DNA of 63,020 nucleotides, the filler included. It is 5 parts of 5 records of this genome, joined end to end, with 100 filler letters (N's around TTAATTAATTAA, not from the genome) between each part and the next. Parts side by side here need not be neighbours in the genome. Positions count along the whole stretch, not along the records: positions 9,278 to 34,463 come from SRR20825019_2349; 4 more parts are not named here. One strand, 5' to 3'. Shown here piece by piece: positions 19,386 through 28,621 of the stretch (the first letter of the stretch is position 1; each line of letters opens with the position of its first letter). A model generated the notes under the pieces. The model made no database searches. It had not been told where the DNA came from and worked only from the letters and a program-made list of their open reading frames with translations. A program made the position numbers and the translations under genes.

Positions 19386-20633
19386 ATGGATTTTAAAAGA
19401 ATAAAGGAAGAATTTATAAACTTCTATAAAGTAAATCCTGTACCAATATTTTTTATAGTAGGAGCTTCTGCTGCTTCAATATTTTGGTTATTTGGCTATA
19501 AAACTAGTAATTATAACCAAGATATAAATATAAATAAGATTGAAAAACCTCCTATAGAAGGTATTGAATCAGCAGTTGATCCAAGAGATTTATGGGCAGA
19601 TAAAATCAGCAATCAAATTAATGATATTTCAAGCAAATTTCAAAATATTATTGATAGTAAACATAATATCATTTCAAGTGAGATAGATAACTTAAAGAAT
19701 GAAATAGCAGAAATAAAAAAAAATCAAAAACAAATTGAAAGCAGCAAAAATAACATTGATGCTAATCAAAATAAAATATTAGATAATCATGAAATAAATA
19801 TTAAAAATAAAACAAATAAAATTAATGATGCAGAAATATCAAAACCAAATATTGCACATTTATTCTTAAATATGGATAATGAACCTGAAAAATCTACTGA
19901 TAATTATGTAACATCAGGTTCATTTGCAAGAGCTGTTTTACTTACAGGGGTAGTCGCTGAAACTAGTATAGAAGCCCAAAGTTCTCCACAGCCAATTTTG
20001 CTTCGTATAGTAGATCATGGAATTTTTTCAAAAGGATATAAAACAAAACAAATTAAAGAAGCTATTGCAATAGGTTCTTGCTATGGAAATATTGCTTCAG
20101 AAAGAGCAATTTGTAGACTCGAGTCAATATCTTTGTTAAATAAAGATCAAGAAATAATAGAAAGAAATATAGAAGGCTGGATAATTGGTGAGGATGGTAG
20201 ACATGGAATTAAAGGTGAGGTTGTAGATAAATCTTCAAAAGTTACCAAAATGGCAATATTAAATGGAATACTAGGAGGAATTGCTGGATATTTCCAAAAC
20301 CAAGCAAATCAAGCTATATATCCTATTTCACCAATAACAGGTCCAAGTAAAGCCTTAAAAGGCATTGAATCTATCAAATCAGGTACTTCCTCAGGAGTTG
20401 GAAATGCCCTGCAAAAACTTGCTGATTATGCAATAAAAAGAGCAGAGCAATTGAATCCTGTAATATTAGTAGGATCTGGTAGAATTATAGATATAGTATT
20501 TAGAAAAGGTTTTATATTAAAAGAGCAAAATAAAGAAAATATTAGCTCTCTTGAGAATACTAATCTTAAGGAAAATATAGTCACAAATCATAATTTCAAT
20601 CAAATCAGTAAAGAACAGGGTAATGAGTATTAA
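19386..20633 (+). CDS. traB: T4SS core protein TraB (VirB10-like)
   Basis: TM, coiled coil, YV.SGSFARAVLLTGV, G.CYGNIASERAICRLE, GEDGRHGIKG. Confidence 0.93.
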   Translation: MDFKRIKEEFINFYKVNPVPIFFIVGASAASIFWLFGYKTSNYNQDININKIEKPPIEGIESAVDPRDLWADKISNQINDISSKFQNIIDSKHNIISSEIDNLKNEIAEIKKNQKQIESSKNNIDANQNKILDNHEINIKNKTNKINDAEISKPNIAHLFLNMDNEPEKSTDNYVTSGSFARAVLLTGVVAETSIEAQSSPQPILLRIVDHGIFSKGYKTKQIKEAIAIGSCYGNIASERAICRLESISLLNKDQEIIERNIEGWIIGEDGRHGIKGEVVDKSSKVTKMAILNGILGGIAGYFQNQANQAIYPISPITGPSKALKGIESIKSGTSSGVGNALQKLADYAIKRAEQLNPVILVGSGRIIDIVFRKGFILKEQNKENISSLENTNLKENIVTNHNFNQISKEQGNEY

Positions 20634-20847
20634 TAAATATTTAACATATTATTTATTTATACTGATAAATTTATCAGGATGTCAATTTTCTTTCCCTTAT
20701 AAGGAAGATTTTGATTGTAAAGTACCAAGTGGGAATCATTGTAAATCACTTTATGAAATAAATAAAAATGCTGATAGAGGCTTATATTCACCTATTGATA
20801 TTGATTCTTATTGTAATAATTTAAATTTTTATGAAGGCCAAAACTAA
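20623..20847 (+). CDS. traV: Lipoprotein TraV (VirB7-like)
   Basis: LSGC lipobox, FDCKVPSG.HCKSL.E. Confidence 0.88.
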   Translation: MSINKYLTYYLFILINLSGCQFSFPYKEDFDCKVPSGNHCKSLYEINKNADRGLYSPIDIDSYCNNLNFYEGQN

Positions 20848-23335
20848 TCAAGATTTTAGTAGGGAAAGATTATCGAATCATTTTGTATATGAAAGTTTTG
20901 ATGAAAAAAATCATTTATTTTTTAATAGAGGCTCAATAGGTTTTGTGCTTCATGGATTACCACTTGTAGGAACTACAATTTATGCTCAAAATGAAATATC
21001 TGAATATTTAAAAGAAGAAAGTAATATTCCAAAAGGATCTAGCATGCAAGTTGCCATGATTGGTACTTCAAATATTGATTTATATTTAAAAAATTGGTCC
21101 TCATTAAGAAAAGATGAAATATTTAAAACTCTAGCTAGTTATAGAACTGAATTTTTAAAAAAGCTTGCTTCTGATAGTGGTATAATTAAAGATGTATTTT
21201 TATTAATCAGTATCACAATACCCACAAAAAAATTTAATGCAGAAAATATAATAAATATATTAAAAAAAAGGGATATTTTAAAAAATACCTTAAAATCAAT
21301 TGGTCTCATAACATATAATGTAGATAGTAGATATTTATTTTTAGTAATCAGAGATTTTTTAGAGCATCAAAGAGAATATAACCAAGATCTCAACCATCAT
21401 GAAACCTTATCATCACAACTGATAGATGGTGATTTCAAAATGGAAGTAGAAAGTGATATGCTAACTATTCATAATGATAATAAACAAAAATCTATAGTAG
21501 CACTTGAGGTAGCTAATAATAAAGAATCAAGACCATCTTTATGGTCCTTGCCCTTAATGGATTTATTTTTAGGAGATGAGCTTAAAAAAGATGAACAAAT
21601 AAAATCAGATTTTATAATATCATTTACATTAGAAATACTTGATAAACAATCATTAGAATTATCTAAAACCATAGCTAAAAGAGAAACTCTTGCAAAAAAC
21701 ATAAAATCTGGTTTAAGTAAATGGATACCAGGGCTTGAAGAGGAATATAATGATATAAATGATTCTTTAAAAGAACTTCAAGCTGGATCTAGAGCTGTGA
21801 TAATCAATCAAAATGTTATTTTAAAAGATAATAAAAATATTATATATGAAAGAGTACAAGAATATAGATCTATGCTTAGAAGAGCAGGTTTTAACTTTAT
21901 TCCTTGTAGTTTTGATCACTTACCAGTTTTTCTATCTTGTCTACCAATGCAAACAGTAGAAATGCATGATGGAGTTTTTAAATCTAATATTAAAGGTCTT
22001 TCTAAGGATTTATACTATTTAGGCAGAGGAATAAAAACTGTATCTTCTGAAAGTAAAGCTATACTTCCAATAATTGGTGAATGGAAAGGAGATTTAAGAT
22101 CTCCTGGTTTTATTCTATCTGGAAGAAGAGGACAAATTATGTACTGGTCTCCTTTTGGGCCTGCTTTTATTCCAGGAAATAAATATTCTTCATCATCTAA
22201 TGAAAATTTTAATCTTTGCATAGCTGGAGTTCCCGGATCTGGCAAATCAGTATTTATGCAAGAATTAATGATTTCAACTATTGGAATTGGAGGCAAAGTT
22301 TTTGTTCTAGACTATGGAAGATCCTTTAAACATACATGCCAAATTTTAAAAGGAAGTTATATTGAGTTTGATATTAAAAATCCAATATCATTAAACCCAT
22401 TTTCAGAAGTATCAGAAAAAGAAGAAGATCATGAATCGAGAGAAGATGCATTATCTTCGATTGCAACAGTTATTAATAGTATGGCAGCACCAATTCATGG
22501 TACAACAGATCTCCAAAATGCAATGATACAAAAAGCAATAAGAGGTGTATGGAAAGAAAAAAAATCTAAAAGTGAAATAACAGATATAGCAAGCTGGCTA
22601 TTAAGAAGAAATGAAACTTATGCAAAAGATCTTGGTAATATGTTATTTCCATTTACAAGAGAAGGTATATATGGGCAATTTTTTAAAGGTAAAGCAAATT
22701 TATCTTTAAATCATAACATAGTGGTAATAGAAACAGATCATTTAAGAAATATTCCTGCCCTACTTACTGTAATAGTGCAAATGATGATAGTGCATATTAA
22801 TCAAACAATGGTAAAAGGTGACAGAAAATATCCATCTTTAATTATGATAGATGAGGCTTGGAAGCTACTTCAAGGCAAATCCTCTGGAGCATTTATTGAA
22901 GAGGCTGGAAGAATAGCTAGGAAATATAAAGCATCAATTACATTAGCAACTCAACAATTAACTGATTATTTTAGAAGTGAATCTCCTGCTGCTGAGAAAG
23001 CATTTGAGAATTCAGCATGGAAAGTAATTTTAAAGCAAAATCCAGAGAGCTTAATAGCTATGAGAAACAATCCTAAACTCAAGGCATTTGTTAATGATGA
23101 TTATCAGCTTAAATTAATGCAATCAGTAAGTTCAAATCCACCAGAATATAGTGAAATGGCAATTTATGGTATGGATGTTAAATGTATTATTGCAAGGTTA
23201 ATGCTTGACCCTTTTACACTTTTACTCACTTCAACGAATCCTGAAGAATATACAGAATTAGAAAAAAATATAAATAATGGAATGAGCGTTACAGATTCTA
23301 TAAAAAAAATACTAAATAATAAAAATAAAATTTAG
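20831..23335 (+). CDS. traC: T4SS ATPase TraC (VirB4-like)
   Basis: Walker A GVPGSGKS, VLDYGRSF, Walker B IMIDEAW, ARKY...LATQ. Confidence 0.96.
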   Translation: MKAKTNQDFSRERLSNHFVYESFDEKNHLFFNRGSIGFVLHGLPLVGTTIYAQNEISEYLKEESNIPKGSSMQVAMIGTSNIDLYLKNWSSLRKDEIFKTLASYRTEFLKKLASDSGIIKDVFLLISITIPTKKFNAENIINILKKRDILKNTLKSIGLITYNVDSRYLFLVIRDFLEHQREYNQDLNHHETLSSQLIDGDFKMEVESDMLTIHNDNKQKSIVALEVANNKESRPSLWSLPLMDLFLGDELKKDEQIKSDFIISFTLEILDKQSLELSKTIAKRETLAKNIKSGLSKWIPGLEEEYNDINDSLKELQAGSRAVIINQNVILKDNKNIIYERVQEYRSMLRRAGFNFIPCSFDHLPVFLSCLPMQTVEMHDGVFKSNIKGLSKDLYYLGRGIKTVSSESKAILPIIGEWKGDLRSPGFILSGRRGQIMYWSPFGPAFIPGNKYSSSSNENFNLCIAGVPGSGKSVFMQELMISTIGIGGKVFVLDYGRSFKHTCQILKGSYIEFDIKNPISLNPFSEVSEKEEDHESREDALSSIATVINSMAAPIHGTTDLQNAMIQKAIRGVWKEKKSKSEITDIASWLLRRNETYAKDLGNMLFPFTREGIYGQFFKGKANLSLNHNIVVIETDHLRNIPALLTVIVQMMIVHINQTMVKGDRKYPSLIMIDEAWKLLQGKSSGAFIEEAGRIARKYKASITLATQQLTDYFRSESPAAEKAFENSAWKVILKQNPESLIAMRNNPKLKAFVNDDYQLKLMQSVSSNPPEYSEMAIYGMDVKCIIARLMLDPFTLLLTSTNPEEYTELEKNINNGMSVTDSIKKILNNKNKI

Positions 23336-23380
23336 ATTTATATTAAAAATTATGATTCATAAAATATGATTTAAAAAATT

Positions 23381-24190
23381 ATGTTATATATTTTTTCTAA
23401 AGAAATTCATAATTTGAAACTAACTAGCTATATGAAGGGCTATATATTTAATAATTTGTTAATTCAAAATTTTAGAAATATATTTTATATATGTCTAGTT
23501 ACATTTTATCAAAATAACCTTCAAGCTTCTTCAGTTACTGTAAATTTTAATTCATTTAAAAATGGTTATAATATTTATAATAAATTTTATAATAATATAT
23601 CTAATAATCATACTTCCTTTAATTGCAAAAAAGAAATTTCTGGTAAAAAAACTTTACTTGATTATGGAAGAGTTGGTCATTTATTTAGAATTCAAGAAGA
23701 ATCTTTACTTGATTATATTCAATCAAAATTAAGGCAAGCTAAAAAATTAGATAATTTAGTAGAAAAATTTCAAAATAATGTCAAAAATAAAATATCAAAC
23801 CCTAATAAAATTACTGGCATTCAAAACACCACCCAAGAAAGAGTAATATATTATGATCCAAGCTATACTCAAAAACATGATATCAAGGATAAAACAGGAA
23901 AAATTATAATTAAAAAAAATACTAAAATTAATCCCCTTAAATATATATCTTGGGGCAAGGCTTTAATATTTATAGATGCTCAAGAAAAAAATCAGTTAAA
24001 TTGGGCAGTAAAACAAGATTGTAAAATCATATTAGTTAATGGTAAGCCTCTAGAATTATTTAAAAAATTTAACAGGTGGTTTTACTATGATCAATCTGGA
24101 ATTCTTGTGAAGAAATTTCAAATTAATCAAGTTCCTGCAATAATCAAGCAAGAAGGTTTAAAACTTAAAATCACAGAATTTAAATTATAA
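23381..24190 (+). CDS. traW: F-type pilus assembly protein TraW
   Basis: DYG..G..F.IQE, YYDPS, INPL, IILVNG, YYDQSG.L...F.I..VPA; true start may be downstream. Confidence 0.9.
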   Translation: MLYIFSKEIHNLKLTSYMKGYIFNNLLIQNFRNIFYICLVTFYQNNLQASSVTVNFNSFKNGYNIYNKFYNNISNNHTSFNCKKEISGKKTLLDYGRVGHLFRIQEESLLDYIQSKLRQAKKLDNLVEKFQNNVKNKISNPNKITGIQNTTQERVIYYDPSYTQKHDIKDKTGKIIIKKNTKINPLKYISWGKALIFIDAQEKNQLNWAVKQDCKIILVNGKPLELFKKFNRWFYYDQSGILVKKFQINQVPAIIKQEGLKLKITEFKL

Positions 24191-24229
24191 TTATTTAAAT
24201 AATAATATACCATTTCAATCTATAAATTC

Positions 24230-25231
24230 ATGAATATCAGCTCTTATGTATATAAAATATTTTATCTTTTTATATTTGTAATTATTATTTTTTATAATTC
24301 TAGTAATCTTCAATCATCTTGTGTAGGAAGATTTCTAAATCCACTTACAGATATATGCTTTAAATGTTTATTTCCTATTAAAATTGCAGGAATTTCAGTA
24401 ACTTCTAATCCTTATGAATCATATGATACAGTTGATGATATGAAATTTCCTGTATGTATGTGTAGAGTATATGGCTCGCCTATTCCTGTAGCTGGAATTC
24501 CAGTCTCGTTTTGGGAACCTGCAAGGATCGTTGATGTAACTAAGCATCCATTATGTATGGTCGCACTTGGAGGCTTATCATTTGGAGATTCTATCACTAA
24601 AGGTGTGAAGGATGATATACAAAATACTGCCTTTTACCATGTTCACTTTTATATATATCCTGTTTTATATTGGCTTGAATTACTAACTGATTTTGTTTGC
24701 CTTGAAAAAATGTCGATTGATATTGCTTATTTAACTGAATTTGATCCTCTTTGGAATGATGATGCAAAATCAGCAATTATCAATCCAGAAGCTCTTCTTT
24801 TTGGATCCATACCAGCTCAAACTGCCTGCGCTATGGATTGTACTCAAACAAGTACGGGGCTTAGTAATGATCACTTATTTTGGTGCTCTGGTTGTCAAGG
24901 AAGTTTATACCCTTTTACTGGCAATATCTCAGGTCAAAATGGAGGCATTCATGCTTCTACTTTACTTTTAGGTAGAATGATTGCAAAACTTCATAGAGAA
25001 CTTATATGCCATGGATATACAGGTAAATCTGGTTTATGTGATAAATACCCAATGCCAATAATAAAAAAAAGCCAATATAGATATCAAATGGTATATCCAA
25101 TTCCTGAAACTATAAGTTGTAAAAGAATTGGTCAAACTGAAATTTCTTGGAATTCAGGAAGAGAATATCCTGTTCAAGGAGAGGATTTTGCATATTTAAT
25201 ATGGAGAAAAAGGGATTGTTGTATGTTTTAA
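24230..25231 (+). CDS. traU: F-type pilus assembly protein TraU
   Basis: C.GRFLNPLTDIC..CLFPI, FWEPARIVDV, FYHVH.Y.YP, WRKRDCC. Confidence 0.96.
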   Translation: MNISSYVYKIFYLFIFVIIIFYNSSNLQSSCVGRFLNPLTDICFKCLFPIKIAGISVTSNPYESYDTVDDMKFPVCMCRVYGSPIPVAGIPVSFWEPARIVDVTKHPLCMVALGGLSFGDSITKGVKDDIQNTAFYHVHFYIYPVLYWLELLTDFVCLEKMSIDIAYLTEFDPLWNDDAKSAIINPEALLFGSIPAQTACAMDCTQTSTGLSNDHLFWCSGCQGSLYPFTGNISGQNGGIHASTLLLGRMIAKLHRELICHGYTGKSGLCDKYPMPIIKKSQYRYQMVYPIPETISCKRIGQTEISWNSGREYPVQGEDFAYLIWRKRDCCMF

Positions 25232-25350
25232 AATAGTAGAAATAATAATATGGTTAAATATTATTTTAGAAATATGTTGTTTTTACTCTTTTAATTATAT
25301 GAATAATATATTAATATTAGTGAACTACAAATATAACTAAAAGGTAATAT

Positions 25351-25668
25351 ATGGCACAAGATGTAAGTGATGCAAATTTTGAAAAAGAAGTTTTAAACTC
25401 TAGCACACCAGTATTAGTTGATTTTTGGGCTGAATGGTGCGGGCCTTGTAAAATGCTAACCCCTACTATTGATCAGCTTGCCAAAGACATGGAGGGTAAG
25501 GTAAAAGTTGTAAAAATTAATATTGATGAAAATCCAGACTCTCCAACTAAATATGGAGTAAGAAGTATTCCTACTTTAATATTATTCAAAGGCGGTAAGC
25601 AAATAGATACAAAGATAGGTTCTATGCCCCTTGGTTCAATGAAAACTTGGATCGAATCTAATATTTAA
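25351..25668 (+). CDS. trxA: Thioredoxin
   Basis: WCGPC, cytoplasmic (no signal peptide), AAGG RBS-like motif. Confidence 0.97.
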   Translation: MAQDVSDANFEKEVLNSSTPVLVDFWAEWCGPCKMLTPTIDQLAKDMEGKVKVVKINIDENPDSPTKYGVRSIPTLILFKGGKQIDTKIGSMPLGSMKTWIESNI

Positions 25669-25873
25669 ACATATCACTTCTTGATTAACTATTATTTTAT
25701 TAGTTATATATTATTAACAAGTATAAGATGTTATAAATTATTAATAGTTGAGTGAAATTTCAAATAAATATTCATAAGTAAAATATTTCTTATTAGATTA
25801 AATTATTTTCTTTGATTAAATAAATTAAACTCTAGGATTTAGTTTTAATATAATTGGTTTTTATATATTTAGG

Positions 25874-26572
25874 ATGATAGACAGGATGTTAGACTCATAT
25901 ATATTAGATTACTTAGGTGAACCGATTAAGGTTTCTATAAGAGTAAGTAAAAAATCAAAAAGAGTTGGTATAAAAATTTCTCATTTAGGAGCAGAACTTG
26001 TTCTACCTTCAAGAACTCCATTGGAAGAAGGACTAGTTTTTGTTAGACAAAAAGAACCCTGGATAAGAAAACATGCTAAATATTTTAATCAAGAACCTAT
26101 TAAAAAAGATGATGGGAAAATTTCTATTTTAGGCGCTCAATATCAACTTAAATTAGTAGATTCAGAAAGAAATTTTATACAAGAAAATAATGGAATACTT
26201 GAAATATACTCTAATATTAACAAGTATAAAATTATATTAAATGCATTTTTAAAGCAATTAATCACAAAAGAAATTAATCAACTTGTTATAAATATTACTA
26301 GCCAATATGGATTTTACTTCAATAAAATTCAAGTGAAGGATTTAAAAAGTAAATGGGGAAGTTGTTCTAGTCACAAAAATCTTTCATTTAATTGGCGAAT
26401 AGTTTTTGCACCAAAAGAAGTAGTTCGTTATTTAGTTGTACATGAAATTTGTCATTTAAAAGAAATGAATCATTCTAAAAGATTTTGGAATTTAGTTGAG
26501 CTTATATACCCTGAATATAAAATACACAAAAAATGGCTTAAAATAAATGGTAAATCATTATATTGGCATTAA
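25874..26572 (+). CDS. YgjP/DUF45 (M48/SprT-like) zinc metallohydrolase
   Basis: SKWGSCS, FNWR, YLVVHEICHL.EMNHS..FW. Confidence 0.9.
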   Translation: MIDRMLDSYILDYLGEPIKVSIRVSKKSKRVGIKISHLGAELVLPSRTPLEEGLVFVRQKEPWIRKHAKYFNQEPIKKDDGKISILGAQYQLKLVDSERNFIQENNGILEIYSNINKYKIILNAFLKQLITKEINQLVINITSQYGFYFNKIQVKDLKSKWGSCSSHKNLSFNWRIVFAPKEVVRYLVVHEICHLKEMNHSKRFWNLVELIYPEYKIHKKWLKINGKSLYWH

Positions 26573-26608
26573 TTATCCTAAACAATGATATATTTTAATT
26601 GATAATTC

Positions 26609-26637
26609 TTGACATTTAGGACAGTCTTTTATAGAAA
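26609..26637 (+). promoter_or_regulatory. Sigma70 promoter for tRNA-Ala
   Basis: Perfect TTGACA, 17-nt spacer, TAGAAA (-10 lacking the final T, common in Alphaproteobacteria). Confidence 0.65.
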
Positions 26638-26655
26638 TGGTCCAGGCATTCATGT

Positions 26656-26730
26656 GGGGATGTAGCTCAGGGGTAGAGCATCTGCCTTGCACGTAGAGGG
26701 TCGGGGGTTCAATTCCCTCCATCTCCACCA
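26656..26730 (+). tRNA. tRNA-Ala (TGC)
   Basis: Acceptor GGGGATG/CATCTCC with G3:U70, anticodon arm TCTGC-CTTGCAC-GTAGA, GTTCAA T-loop, encoded CCA. Confidence 0.97.
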
Positions 26731-26914
26731 GTTCTAGTTCCATTAATTTGGCTTATATTTATTTCCTTAATATTTATATAAATCCCCTATCAACATCACA
26801 TAACAAATCACAATAATAATATTTACTATAAATAATATATTACTTACACACATCAAGTATAAGAGAGTGCATTATTTGATTTTTGAATTTTAAGTAAGTT
26901 TTATGTAAGTAAGT

Positions 26915-28471
26915 TCACTTTAGATATCTAAACTTATTAGGTAATTTAAGATTTAATTTAGATAATATTATTTCAGCTTCCTCAGGAAAATCTTGTAATA
27001 TACTATATATATTACCTTTACTATCAGTGATTATAGTATGATTTATGGATTTTAATAAATTTCCTATTTTAGAAATATTAGAATTATATCCATTTATTGC
27101 TAAATCATATTGTAGTTTTTTTAAAATTTTAAAAATATTTAGCAATAATAAGATGATATAATTTATATCATCCTTGCTTTTTTTAATTTCTAAAGATAGT
27201 AATTTAAAACTTTTTTCAATTTTATTAGCTAGTTTAAATATATCAAAATTTTTAGAAATAATATCATTAGGGTCATCTAAATTAGTCATAATTCTAGTAT
27301 TTGAGATATCACCCAAATATTCATCATTTCTAAAATTCATAAAAATATGTTTTTGAGTATCTTTTACTAAATCATAATTTGAATTATTTAAGTTATTTCT
27401 ATCTTCCTTATGACTTGAAAAGAGTTTATTTGATATAGAATTATTTAAAATATTTAATTCCATATATTTAACATGATGATTATTTTTAAATATTAAATAT
27501 TTATTATTATTTAATTCTATTTGTTCAAATTCACCTTTAAATTGTTTGATGTTAAGTAATTTATTAATAATTTCTTTACTCAATTTTTTAGAATTTTCTA
27601 TAGCTAAATATTTTATATCCTTACTATCTAAAATATTTAATAAATCTTTATTTATAAAATATAAATTAACCATCTTAATTTGATATTTTTTTATATTATA
27701 TTCAATCTCTAAATATATTTTATTGTTAGTTAATATATTAATTTTATCACTTTGTTTATTACTTGAAGATAGATTATTTATATATTTAAAATCTATAATC
27801 TCTCCTAAATTATCTTCAATTAATAATAAATATGATGACATAGAATTAATTTTATTAATTAAAAATTCATCAATACCTAAATATTCAGAACTCAAATTTG
27901 AAATATCAAAGATAGATATATTAAATAATTGATTATTATATTTTTGATTTTTAATTTTACCTAAATCATTACTTAAATATCTAGTTTGTATTTTTTCATA
28001 ATTAGATAAATATGGATTTTTATTTAAACTACCAAATAAATTATATATTAAATCATTTCTATCATTAAAATGAATACTAAGAAAAGATTTAGTATGAAAT
28101 ATATTTTTTAATATTTGAAATGAAATATTATAAAAATAATTTTTTACTAAAGAACTTGTATTATCACTTAATACTGTGTAATCAAGATATTTATCTAAAA
28201 TCATCTTTAAACCGATATTTTCATCATAACAAGATTTAATATCACTATTACTAGATATATTTAAAGGCTCTCTACTTGCTATTTCCTTTTCAATTTTCTC
28301 TTTATATAAAAGTGCTTCTTGCTTTAATTGATTTAAAGCTTCTAAAGAATTACTATGTCCAAAATTTTTAATAATTCTTGATGTTGCGTGTTTTTTACCT
28401 TTTATTCTAATACCTTCAACAAGTAAAACAGTATAAGAACCACCCCTATTTTTTTTAACTCTTACAAACAA
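26915..28471 (-). mobile_element. Highly diverged IS1634-family transposase-like ORF (open frame, catalytic motifs eroded)
   Basis: N-terminus MFVRVKKN.GG...V.LVEG.R..GK.....IIKNFG; IMTNL...II.......IEKSFK.L; C-terminal IL.KL.L.LP; no GYSKD or VADRG motif seen. Confidence 0.65.
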
Positions 28472-28621
28472 CTTTAATCAAACCTATTTTATTTACTAAT
28501 TTTCAAAATCTCTAAATTACTATTAATTATTTTATTTGAATCAAATAATTAAAATTATAGAAATATACATTTTTAGAATATATATTTTTAATATCTAATA
28601 TATCCATTTTCTAATATATTC

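Noticed and set aside
25351-25668. Thioredoxin right after traU as a TrbB equivalent
   Set aside because: No signal peptide, canonical WCGPC; ordinary cytoplasmic TrxA
25874-26572. YgjP/M48 protein as a defence-system component
   Set aside because: No restriction-modification or other defence genes nearby; the standalone gene is widespread
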